Below are positions 41,958 to 55,300 of a DNA stretch of 64,000 nucleotides, in pieces (position 1 is the stretch's first letter; each line of letters opens with the position of its first letter). Made by a program: the position numbers and the translations under genes. The DNA is taken from NCBI RefSeq assembly GCF_000150275.1, contig NW_002060945.1:9006011-9070010 (forward strand), given 5' to 3'. The DNA comes from Trichoplax adhaerens. Taxonomy: Eukaryota > Animalia > Placozoa. The notes under the pieces were generated by a model. The model worked only from the letters and a program-made list of their open reading frames with translations. It was not told where the DNA came from and made no database searches.

Positions 41958-42590
41958 TGTCACAAAACAGCTTTGCAACAAGATAACGCAATATACGATC
42001 AATAAGTCAATTCCTTGAACCACGTATCAAGGAACGATATCTGCACTATCACAAACACTTTTGCTCTACTAGCAGACTACACAAAGACTTAAACGCCTCG
42101 TATTTTACGTTAAACACTAAGTTGGACAATTCTTCTTTATTTCACGATATACTGCATTTATATACTATTCCTCAATAGTTCATGAGTCATAGTTAATACA
42201 ATTAACATTAGAATCATTTACTGAATTAGATATTAATTTTAGCTACTGCTCCCTTAATGCAGACAACAGTATTTACGAACATAGACATGTAATGACTAAT
42301 ACAGAATAGTCAGATTACGATATGTCCTATCACGGAACATTTCCATGATAATTTACAGTCTACCATAAGTAAATTACAATCACAATGATTCGAACTGTAA
42401 GCAGATGATTTGCATTCCCTATTATAACTATTATAATTTCAGTATGTGTATAAGTGTCACTGTCATAAAAAGTCAGTGCTATATTAAAATACAGTATATC
42501 CAAATTAGAAGTTAACTAAATAAGGATAGTCTAACAGAATTATCCTAACATAGTTATTTCTACTGTAATACAGTATTTAACACTGTAACA
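41958..42590 (-). mobile_element. Solo LTR, 633 bp, 5-bp TSD ACTAC (same family as 27871-28503)
   Basis: Reverse complement of 27871-28503 with about five substitutions seen by eye; TGT...ACA termini; ACTAC at 41953-41957 and 42591-42595. Confidence 0.9.
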
Positions 42591-45500
42591 ACTACATCTA
42601 ATCAATCGAAGATTTCCTGTACGTATACAGCTGCACATCTATCATCGCATTGCTAAAACTCAATGATCATAAATTAACAACTTAATTTCTTGCACCTCAA
42701 TCTGTTGGTGATTTAGCTATTAATAGAATCTTTATGTAAATGGCCTAATTCAAGTTATTAGCATACATTTAAAAAAGGTAATATTTAAGATGGCATCTAT
42801 CGTAGGTTTAAAGTCAAATACCGTATAACTGTATATCAAATAGATCACTTCTTTTTTTGTATCTTGCTCATATAGAATTATTCAAAATATAATACTTTCA
42901 AGTGGCTGATAGGTTTGATACCGATATCAACCTATAGAATCGAGTAAAGATTTTTGTTACTCAGTTTCAATATGATTGTTACTAATAGTTTCTCTTCAAT
43001 CTTCAATCGTCCTATAATTTACACTAACATTTTTTCAGCCTACATGCCTGAATTAATATCGAAACTAAAATTAACTTACAATGAACATTAAAAAATACTT
43101 TTCTTAATCTCGTCAAGAAGAGCAGCAGTACTATTGTAATTTACTTATTAGCTAACAAGACGTATTTGATAAGACTAAATGATTCTTTTCCCATATTGCA
43201 TCATTCGTTGACATTATTAGACGTACTGATATCGAATTTACATGAATTGTTAAAATCGTTTCCATTAACCGTAAAAGAATTTATTTTGTTGCTCTCTGTA
43301 TGTATATCCTCACAATCAACATAAATTAGATATATCATTAAATGCTGTTAATAAGAAAGTCTGAATAGCCTGTATTTAGATTATTGCTTAATATGTCTTA
43401 CTCTATAGACTTTACTTACTGTGATAGAGTCTAGTAACATATGTCTTAAGATCAAATATAATCAATTAACAAAAGTAATCATATATACCATTTTCCGTTA
43501 AGAAAAGATCAATAAAGCGCAAGCGCATACACAGATCTCTATAGAACAGCTATTACATATGGATGACAAGAAATTTTTGTCGGCTTATTGGCAGTAGTAT
43601 TGTGTAGCGAACACAAGCTCGAATAGTATTAACTAAAGTGACATTAATTAGCGAATAAATTAAAGGAATCGTATCATCGGCATCGTAGGATTTGATCTTA
43701 AAATTATAAATTCCCGTTAATTTTGGCACAAGATCCCGAAATATTAGAATCATTGTCGATTTCACATTCTTACAGAGGAATACAGTGACGAGATGAGTCG
43801 TAATGGTCGATTATGTAGTATAAATACATAACAGTTATTATGTTAATTCAAAGGTTGTACGCGAAAGCTGCATGATAGTGATATTAATAAATAAAAATAA
43901 AACGGATGCATATACGTATGTATGTTGAGCATCCAATATGACTACATATTGTGGAATGAAAGCAAGCTTAGAAAGAATTGTTATATTATTATTGAGCTCT
44001 GGCCTCTGAAATTTATCTCTATGGTTGTGATCGCGGATATCTTTCAATACGATAACTTGTTTCCACTTACAATATTGAAGCGGCTATCCTGAGATAGATG
44101 TATGGAACATAGAGAACAGCATGAAAGATACAAGCCTAACTGGTATATTGAGATACCTAAAACGTTTAAGAAAAGGATTTTGCTATAAGATATGATGATA
44201 AGTGCGATTTCATACCTCGCAATATTGCATACCATGTAATAAAATCAAAACGCCTTTTAGGAATAATCCTATCCAAAATTTATTTATTTCATCTAACATA
44301 AATTACCATATTTAATTAAGTTAAAATGATATAGAAAGGGTGGAAAGCACCACAGAATTTATTTTTCTAGCTTGAATGCAAAGTTGTTAACGCTGTATAA
44401 TTTAGGTTGTGCAATATTTATTGCTAGTCGTTAATCTGTCATGTTGATATACTCGTATGAGTTTTTCCATTTCAAGTTTATCTATATATTCTACTGGTTT
44501 ACTCATTTTGTTTATTTAGGTTTAACCTTGTGCATAAAAGGAAATGAGTTGAAAATATACCACCAAGCACTTTATGATAGTACTGCAATTGCATGCACTT
44601 ATATAGAGATAGTTAAAATCGGATTGTTATTTAGCTGTTGAAGCTGATGATAATTAATGGACGGTACTACCTTACCCATAATCTATCATCGGGATTATCG
44701 TAGAAGCTGGCTGTACTAAACATGGTCGACTATTTTTCCGCTCCAAAGTTTCGATACATGCTTACGTCTATGATGATAGAGGTGGTACAGCATCTCAATC
44801 TTAGAAACGCAGTAGTGGCAGCATATTTGCAAGGTCAAGACAATCACGTGTTTTTCTAGAAGTATCATAACATCTTCTATTCATTAGGCGTAGGCATCCC
44901 ACATTATGCAGGGTTGGAGTCTACATTTAGTCTCCTGTCTGTAGTCTGTAGTCTAGTTTATCTGTCTGGCACTTCAATGTATAACATTAGTAACGAATTC
45001 AACGCAAAGATCAATCGTAAGTCGTCTAGCGTATTGTTTAGCATTGAGTATGGCACATATTAGCTAGTTTACGCCTTCATTTATTGGACGGCATCGGCAG
45101 TTTGTTTGATCTATCAGAGGCAGCATATTATGAATAAGAATTACTACATTTGAGGCAGTGCAAAAATAAATTTATTTATTAATATAATACTAAAAGAGTA
45201 AATTATCTTACAATAGCCTATTCAGTTGTGGAACCTCTATACGCATTAAGTAGACATGTATGGGGTTGGTATAGAATTTAACGGTATACAAGTTACGGGA
45301 AGATAACACCTATATCATGCACGAAGATACTCTTATGATCGCTATAGAGGTTTAACATAACAAAATTATATAAAGTCGATATAGCTAATTTAGCTACTAA
45401 GCTAGTTGTGCAGACTAGCACTTGATGATTTGGTAGTTTTAAACTAAAAAGGAATCAATCTGACATCTTAGGATGGCATCAGTGGTATTGTATAGATAAA

Positions 45501-46858
45501 GACAAGTGATAGTAAACGCATGGCTCAGATTATTTTTATTATTAACATCATAAAAAAACACCTTCGAATACATTGCAGCGTGCACTATAAGTAAAGTACA
45601 GCCAAAATGAAGATAGAAAATTGATAGCATAGTAGTAGTATTATATTCTAGACATAAATTCACTATTCCCTGTTAGCCATCTACCTAACATGTATAGTAT
45701 GTCATGTAATGTCTAGTGCTGCTATATATGGACTATACGAGCATTTTAGCTTCACAAATTTACATTAATGGGTCATAAATGGTCAGAATAAACGCAAGAG
45801 ATAACTTATTCTTGTATATGCTTTGTTAATTACACTATAATGATTGCGAAGCTTTTAGTAATACTGTAGTACTTATTTGATAATTATAATTAGGACGTGC
45901 ATTTTTAGTAACTAAACGAGTACTACATGCGCTCACCTTGCTGTATACTATAGTACTTCCTAGTGGCTAATGCTGTCAAAGAAAGCTTAATGTACGTATA
46001 GACTGCAATTTAAAGAGATCGTCTCAATAATCAGAAATGATGGCAATAAATTATAGCTCTGTACTCCATAAAATCAAAATGCATCTGACTATAGCGTCTG
46101 ATATACTGTAAATCTAATATCATATAATGACAAATATTGTTCATGCCAAATTTATGACAATGTTATGACTTTCAGTAATGCCCAAATTATACAAGCTTTC
46201 AATAATATTATGCTACTCTGACATTAAACCAAAGATTAAAAATAAGATCTAGGTTATACTTTCATATAGTATATAACACTAATATCTATCTTAGTACTGA
46301 AAATTTGGATAGTTTACAGTATTATATAATTTAAACTATTAGCTAAACAGATCCTACTTAAACCGGAATCGCCTGCTACAGCTCTATGAAATTACTGAAA
46401 GTTTCAACCTATGGAGATATATCGTATATAGAAAGCCATGAGTACATTAATACTCTTTATATTGGCAAAAAGGTGTGGCCCTTCACTGTTTCTATTATCT
46501 ATACTTTGTAAGATGGTTTAGTATTTAGTATGTAGGTACTCTACTATATCTAAATAAAAATCTCTAAGTTGCGGATGATAAAAGATTACATCGATGTAGC
46601 CAGGTGCACAACGCGTAAACGCAATTCGTTCTTCCCTCGCTTGATATTTTTCAGGTCTAAAATATTAAGTTTTATAGATGTAGCCTTTCTGACATTGAAT
46701 GTTTACTTAATTGCAATCCGTGTACATAGGGCTTAAAAACGATGGTATAATGCATATATTAGCGATTCTATGGATAGTAAGGTATACTATAGACATATAC
46801 ATGTACGCTGTACAGTGAACAACTACCGATACTGTTGTTACCTCCACTAGTCCAATAT

Positions 46859-46883
46859 TATATATATATATATATATATATAT
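46859..46883. repeat. (TA)n microsatellite
   Basis: About 12 TA units. Confidence 0.95.
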
Positions 46884-49639
46884 GTATAATATTTCATTAG
46901 TATGGGTTAATTTCTGTCGTAGCAGCAGATTCTATCTAAAAAATTAGGGGAACAGCGTCAATAAAAGCATAAACGAAGCAACATATATTAACTACTATTT
47001 CCGTTTAAGGTAATAGATATCGTTGCAATATACACTGTTTAAAGGCAATTTAAGTGCTATATTATCTACAAAATACATTAATAACCGCGCTATGATAACG
47101 GTACCATGTTGATTTATCTAATCATCAACACGTAATTTAACATTCAGAGCGACAAAAGTTATTAACAATCATATGCCAGTTTAAACAACCACTATTAATG
47201 AAACAAGGTCAATGGGAGTGACTAATGATGAAATTTGTCTTCAACTTGACGTTTCCAGTATATAAGTATGCAGTCACCATGCAGTAGTGTCTAGCTATTT
47301 TTACTAATCTTTGCAATTTTATGTTATTTTTACTCCTATAGTTTATTTTAGCTATTGATTGAACAATAGAACTTGTCCTGGTTTGTCTATAGCACTGTAA
47401 GTGCAGAAACAAAGGTCATAAATTTCGATAAGTAAAAATACTATTTATGATTATAATAACAATATAAAATTAATAGAAGAATGATTTATAACTGTGCAAT
47501 AATTTGCATTTTCAATACAATAGTAACTACGCATGTAACACAGTCGTTAGGTAAGAAAATGTTAGCGCTATGCATGACAACAGTCGATAGCAGATATCTT
47601 TACTTGTATCGAAAGGGATCCATATTCATTGACATAGTAACTTATTTGTATTTTTCTTATTTATCACAGCAGGATAGCTATCGCCATTTAGTAATGACGT
47701 TCGACCGCAGCAGTTTCGATAGTACTTAACTTGCTTGTGACGTAGATTCTATTTTGATCATCAAGATTAAAACTTATGAGTTACAAAGAAAGGATTTGCA
47801 GAAATTAGATAAATATGATGTAATATCTTAATAAATATTATCAATATTGATAGCTAGTAATGTTAATATTTAAGATTGAATCAGCCAGTAACGTCACCTT
47901 TATTAGGAATACAGATTTAAGTCTTACTCCTGTCGACGTTAGGTACAAAGCTGAAATTTTGCTATATATCTGTTAGTTTGTGGCAGGCATATGCCTAAAA
48001 GATTGATTTAGCTATTAATTAGATGTTTTGTTTTAAATACTATCAGTTAATCTACTTCAATGAGTAAAAAATTAATTTCTGTACTAACTTTCACTTGAAA
48101 TCTAGCTGGAAATATTTCTTCCAAAATGCAGCAAGAGAATCGATTCAACTTTAAATACCTGGTTGATAATAATACTTCTAGAAATATTTTTCTGATACAT
48201 TTCAGTGATTTATAGTTACCAAGGATATAAATATACTACTGATATATCAGCAATCTAAAATTGGCATTTAACTTGCTCAGTCTGATAAAAATTATTGCAT
48301 TTAGAAGCCATCGATTGCATTATAATTTATTAAATATTAGCCAATATGCTATGGACCAATGATGAATTATAAGTTATTAATAACTAATTAACCTAAACAA
48401 GTTTTACAGTAACTAAAATAACTAATCTTTAATCATCTAAACAATTCATTTAGAAAAATGAATACTATCATTCAAATCAATAATTTAAAACTAATAACAA
48501 ATTATCAATTCAAGTTATTTAAGACCTATAAACAAATTTCATGTGTCAATTTTTTAGTCCCAGATGTTGATAAGCTACCGGCTAAGGTATAGTTTAACCT
48601 TTTCAATTCCTTACAAAACTCATTTCAATCAGTAATGTTATGGATAGTTTCCGAATTGTATAAATTACTAGGCTAACAACTAGAATGCATCCGATAATTA
48701 TTGCTGCTTATTCTTATGATTAATAAAATTTACAAAAAATCAAGAATATTTGTCTATATGCGGAGGCAAATGTCATTTTTTCATGAGCTTCATTTAGAGT
48801 ATTATCAAATTCTTGCGCTTTTACCTCGTAAATTTGCATACTGTTTTTGTCTTATTGTTTAATTTCAATTTAGATAAATAAACGTAACGTAGTTAATTCC
48901 CTTGCACAGTTTTTAAGCTGTTGGTAAAAGTCAGCTCTCATTCATTTCAATATAATCCAAAATAAACTTTGATACAATAACATGTTATAACGAAATGGCT
49001 AAGTATAAAATAGTACCTACAAAGCCTTGCGAATTCTTTAAGCTAACACAAATATATAGACTATTATCGGAGTCATATTTTATATGCGTTTGTATTGATA
49101 TCGACTTTAATTAATTAATTAATTTATGGATTATTCAATAGATATACATGTATTTTCTTTAAATTAGGAAATTACTTATAAGAAATTATCGTATTATGTA
49201 ATACTGATGATTCCTGTAATAATAAAATATCCTATTTCATCATGAGCTATTAACCAATTTGTCTAGAATTTTATAATAAATTAAGAAGATAATATAAAAT
49301 TTTAGTGAAGTTCAATTATAAATATAAAAGAATGGAATAGTTACATTTACTATGCTCGGAATAAGTAGATAAATTTGTTAAAATAAAGTAGTTATGATGT
49401 TTAAACAATTAGTAGAATGTTATTTTAATGTTCATATTTGAAACTATTGAAACAATTTTTGGGTAAACAGGATAGTCGCATTATAAATCAGGTTGATATA
49501 GTAATAAAACGGAATAAATCTATCAATTACTGGATATCGAAAGAAAATTTAAATTGATTATAATGAAAAGATAAAATCTTACATTGCATTGAGTTAGTTT
49601 ATAAAATTTTATGTTGTCATGAGCAAGCTATGAGACAAA

Positions 49640-49910
49640 TTAAATTGGAGTTACTGGAAAGTTAAAATTGATGAATAGGATTCGTATTTTAATGAGACAT
49701 ACTCAACTTTCTTGAGATTAAGCTGTACTGAAGACATAAACGCCTATTTATTGTTAGAAGCGTGGGCTGAGAAGCTAGAAAACAACCGTAAGTAAGTGTG
49801 TATTATGAATCTTCTATGGATAAAATTTGATTATCCAACTTTTTAAATTAAATTTAGCACAACAAGATAATCTAGAATATGCTAGAAAGATGTTTTGGTG
49901 TTGATACCAA
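49640..49910 (+). pseudogene. Possible decayed two-exon coding relic, weakly death-domain-like
   Basis: LNWSYWKVKIDE*DSYFNETYSTFLRLSCTEDINAYLLLEAWAEKLENN joined through a phase-consistent 70-bp GTAAGT...TTTAG intron (49788-49857) to PQQDNLEYARKMFWC*; in-frame stops present. Confidence 0.25.
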
Positions 49911-52338
49911 ATCAAATTTTAAACAAGCGAATAACCAAATACAGATAGAATTGGCAATTATTGTTGAGAGAAACTAGCATTTTAATTTGCTTGCTTATAC
50001 TGAATTAGTATAGTTTGATGCAACTTTTAACCATAAATAAAGCTTACTACTAAAATGATAAACAAATACGTCATTTCAAGATTAATCAAGTAGCTAGTTG
50101 ATGATCGTATTTTTACACTTAAGAGCTGAGATCGATTTGCCCATGCAGTGGCGTGACGGAGGTTATTTTGACATTGGAAATGTTTTCCATTAGTTTTTTA
50201 AAGTAAATTTGAAGATGCAATTTTATGGCATTGATTGATGACAATAGCATAATAAGATATATCTAAGTAAAAGGTAAAATAACATTGGATAAAAACGAAT
50301 TTAAAACAGTATCAATAATAGGTAGAATTGAAAGAAATTCCTTCAGTTAATTATACTCATAAAAAGAGTCTTCTTGTCTTAGCAGGTGGGGGAATCAGAA
50401 GGGAGTCATTTCCCAGACAGATCACAGCGGTTATTAACTATTCAAATTCAAATATGATCAATAACTTTACGTTTGCGACATGCTAATGAATTTTATTTCT
50501 TTAGACAGTTAGTTCTTTATCGTGTAGTTGGATTATTTTCTATAATAGATCATTTTTTCTTATAACCTTTGAATAATGACGATGATGATGGTGCGCTATA
50601 TCATATGGAAATAGAATGCGTTGAATAGTCATGATTTTTCTTGAATAGAATTGAATATTGTTACTTTTTTTTTTACTTGATGATGAAAATAATCGGTTGT
50701 TCAAATGATTGATTAATCTGTATACACAAAGATGTATGCGGTCTACACTTAGAAGAGGCTAATTCTAGATGCAGAAAAAAAAATTGTATTATTCGTTCCA
50801 TCCTCTTAACTGTTAAGTTATGGGGGGTCGAGAGGATGTTAAAGGCAGTATTAATGGTATTGTTTAACATGGAATGCTTGAAAAGCTGCAGTAATGCCAC
50901 ACTATTTGTGCTTCAAATATAGTAGTTTAGTAGTAAACAGTGGCCATTATTATCCTTATATTCAATAGGTAAAAGTTATTACAATACTGTGTAGTTGTCA
51001 ACAAATGTATAACAATCGTTCTTCTTAGCTATAGTTGGGCCATCTTAATGATTGGCTAATTTAGTTATTTCCGAGATGTCCTCGTGTGCAGCTATATACA
51101 AGTGATTGGTGTCATCGTTTCTAATGGACTTTTTTTCCAAGTGATATTAAACACTGTAATACACGTATCATTTACAAGTAACAATTCTACAAAACGATTT
51201 TAATCCTCATCTAAGCAAAAATTTTTTTAAGCATTTTGTATGCTATTACTGTTATGTAACCAACATCAATTATCATAGTATAATCATAACCCGCATCATC
51301 TATCGATTGGATACAAATCTATTATTGCCTACATGCACTTTACTGGATTAATCTTGATTTCTATTAGCCAATTTTACATCAGCATCTATGCAAGTTGGTT
51401 ATTTCTTCGCTATTTTCATCGTCTTAGTGTCGTTCATCCGTTGGAATAATTCCCATCTACCATCGTAATCCAAGTTAAATTAACCATTTGCGGCAAAGAA
51501 AAAAATTGAGACGTGTCCGTTCTGGATGTAGGAAAAGGGAATCTATCTTGCGTTACATATCTAGATTATTCATCGTCAATAGGATTTGCAGGTTGTTCTT
51601 CTTATTGACAATTATTTTCACCTACGCGTACTTTTAAACACATGTGTTGATAAAAAGTCGCTAGCATTGGCCATTATTCTATCATCAAGAAAGCGTTAAA
51701 AGTAGCTAAAGAACTATAGCGACAAAAACAAGAAGAAGACAAGGGGTAAAAAGTGTGTTATACTTTAATTTAGCGTAAACAAGTTTGAAAAATTTAATTT
51801 TTGTATTTTTCTTTCCATGTACTCAACGTTGCTGGTACCGTCATCATCGTTTATCTTATGCAACAGACGGTCATTTTTTTTCTCCTTTAATTTATACTAT
51901 CGTTGATTGGTCATCATTTATCAATCTGTAGTCATCAAATTTCCTGTCTGTCTTGCGATTATTGCATAACTATTAGACTATCATTAGCACAACGAAAAAT
52001 AAAACAACTTCAAATTCCACGTTGCCGCAGTAGCAGATAACATCTAAATCGTCGGCAGTTAATTTACCTGAAATTTAACTGGAAGGTGTTCATTAGCGGA
52101 AGTGTGCGCAGGCACCAAAGAAAAGGAAATTTAATAATTACTGTAGTTGTCTCAATTCATATAATATTGTTGTTCAAGACAATTTCATTCGATTTGTGTG
52201 CCTTGTATTCGAAGCCAAGAAAGGAAAAATTGTTACCTAAATTCACAAACAAACAATTTTAATCTCATCCAACTCTTTCTATTCTGCTGCTTCAATCCGC
52301 CATTATTATCCATCAGTAAATCACTTTTCTCAAGCAAA

Positions 52339-55300
52339 ATGAGTGAAAAGCCGAACGTTACAACCAATCGTATAAATTATCGGCCAACTTGCCATGACAT
52401 CGAAAAGCGTCCAGCAGCAGCGATGTTGTCAAAACATCCTAAAAATTCGCGCTCTAGCAGTTTTTTAATGTTCGTTACTTTAAGTATTATGGCAATTTCA
52501 ATTGCGACATTGGCTATTCTTTTTCACATGCAACGAATTGAATTGATCCAAATACGACAAGATATACATCAGATAGCTACACAGGTAAGCAAATATTGCA
52601 GCACTATTATGTTAGCTATTTTTCTTGAAGACATAAAATTGAAGATAGGGGGCGTTTTATTTGATATCTAGTGAGTGCTTGTCATCTTCTCCAAACAACA
52701 TATCGCTATTTTGATTTGACTTTCTTTGTATACCTGAATACTCGTTCTATTTTTATTATTTGCCTAGCTAAAGATACGAGCTGTACTATGCATACATTTA
52801 AAATTATAATAATTTTCTTGTAAATACTGACGCAGCCAAAATTCCATACAGTACCGTAAGTCAAGGGGATACAGCTTCTAGTTATTGCAAAAATGTTAAA
52901 AATGATTATCACACATTACTCGTGAAGAATTGTAAGGGAATGCAAAAGCACCTTCTTCGTTTTACTTTCATCGGTTAAATATATCTTAATACTATACAAA
53001 TATTTATTTTACGAATGATTTCTAATATTAATTTATTTCAATTTTGACGTTTTATAAGTCGGTTGAGTTATGACGTATGATATTACGACATTTATTGTCG
53101 AAGTTTCTACACAGTAATTTATAAGAAATTAATAGCTATACTTATACGGGTACTTGTTCGACTACGATATCCATGTTACGTTAATCGAAAGGGGTTAGAT
53201 CAAATTCTAATACCAAGATCATATTTCAGCACCAGTAACAGCAGTTGCAATCATTTGTAAGTTAGATGGAGATGTAAATGCACACGTTTGCAAGCTGATT
53301 CTAGGGAAAGCTGCGGGAGATCGCTCGCTATTACACCGGCAGATGCATTCTGAAGACATCCTACCTTAATACCATTACGTAGTATCAGGGTTTTACTGAC
53401 TTTTTACGGTTATTCTGCTAGCTATTTTGACGCTAATCTGATCTAAATAGCTGAATCATGATAAAGCGCAAAGCGATTTTTTACATCAAAACAACTAATG
53501 GTAATTCAATATACTCTTCGTTGGAAGGCTCTAGTAGGTTAATTAATAATAGGGATATCAGGAATATGAAAATGGCATTATTCCTACCATTTCTACACCT
53601 TATCCGTATGAAAATAAGTTAATTTCAAAAATCATCATCACTCGATAGCGATGAAATTGATAAAATTCACAAAATTAAACATCTTTCCATTAAATTAGTT
53701 ACAGTATTAATAGTCTTTGCTATTACGGAAAATTTGTATGGTACAGAATGTAGAGTACATAATTAAAGAATTTATCGCATTTAAGTATTTTTGCCAGCAC
53801 TACAGTATGGGGATCGAACATAAGGTATGGGATCGCTTTAAGTTAGCTGGCTTGTTACCTTTCTATTGCATATCACAATATATTTATTGCAATTAGAGTT
53901 GAACAGTGGTTCCTTTTATTGAGCTCAGTTACATTATTTGTACGCTTTCTACAATATAAAAACAAAATATTTATCAGTTGATTATTATAAAAAATAAGTA
54001 GCTTTCATTAAACTAGTCAATCATAGTCATTACTGAATTTGATTTATTGCCAACTTATCGAGCTTAGTACGGTATTATAAAAAGTTAGTTTAGTAATTCA
54101 TAGCCACAATATTTCACTGTTGTTTGTATAGTAATAATGTTGTTTACATATGAATATGATTCCAAACATACACCGACGCTAATGATTGCCCGTCCTCATC
54201 TTTGAAAGCACGTCATGATTCAATTAATTATTATTAGTATAATCCCTTATTTGTCACACTGAGATTATCGACAATTATGAGGATAATGAGAAGATATCCT
54301 ATTTGGTACGTATTTCATTTTTTTAATCAATTCCCGCTGCACCAGGGCGATGGCGGCGTATTTCAATGAATAAGATAATAATCCAATTGATCATGTATAA
54401 TTTCATTTCTACATTTTGACGCCTGTATATTGCTAGAATTCAGCTACTGTTATCTCCTCTTTTCCAAATTTTTCATAAAAGCTTGCGAGAGCGTCACTTT
54501 TCGGAAATGTCAGGATACAATATTGAAAGTAAATGAGAAATAATATTGTTGTAATGATAGTCAATGAAAACTATATATTGAGAAATCAGCTTGCCTTCGC
54601 AAATGTGAAGGCTTATGATAGTAACTTACGTAGGAAATAGTTGTTACACTTGTTCATGAGGATAACAGGTCTTATTGAAAAAGAAAATTAGCTTAGAGAT
54701 AATAAATTGCAAATTTTATATATGTAAATTTATTAACTGATCCGACCCGTATTGATTACCTCTAGCTAATTCATTATAGTAATTCAGAAAAAGGTCACCA
54801 TGTCTATTCTACATGCTTTTTATGAAAGTCTTAATAATACAGTGAACAATTACGCATGTCCTTTGAACTTCAGCATGTTGCCATCTTATCTTCTATGTCA
54901 ATATCAGCAATATTAGAGTACTAAAACTTTAAACTATAGCATATTAGACGATTACTTACTATTAATTTGTTGCGACATTAATTTATATGATCGCTAATTT
55001 TAGAAATTCTTCAACCTTATCGTCTCTAGAGAATGTACCGTAGTTGCCTTGATCTATATCCTAGTTAATGTATTAGAAATGCACATAGAATCTTTTATCG
55101 TGCTCAAAGATGGATTAAATGCTGGCAGTGCCGATGTAAAATCAACGCAGAACATATTTTAGCTTAATATTTAAAATAGGGAAAAGAAGATAAAATAATA
55201 TTTTTAAAGCAGCTGTAAAATAGAATTTTTTGAATAATCCATCATCGTTAATCAATTCCATGATTACCGTTGCTACCGAGGATTTTATTGGATATATAGA

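Noticed and set aside
27871-42590. One 14.7-kb DNA transposon (Polinton/foldback) with 633-bp terminal inverted repeats
   Set aside because: Each copy has its own distinct TSD, the outer flanks do not match each other, and no transposase or polymerase ORF lies between them.
43553-47729. Group of 60-82-aa ORFs rich in I/L/F/Y (also 1781-2495, 21269, 28443, 36797, 39436, 50673, 52706, 60249, 61406, 62622)
   Set aside because: Composition is typical of random AT-rich ORFs; many have non-ATG starts; no domains or exon chains.
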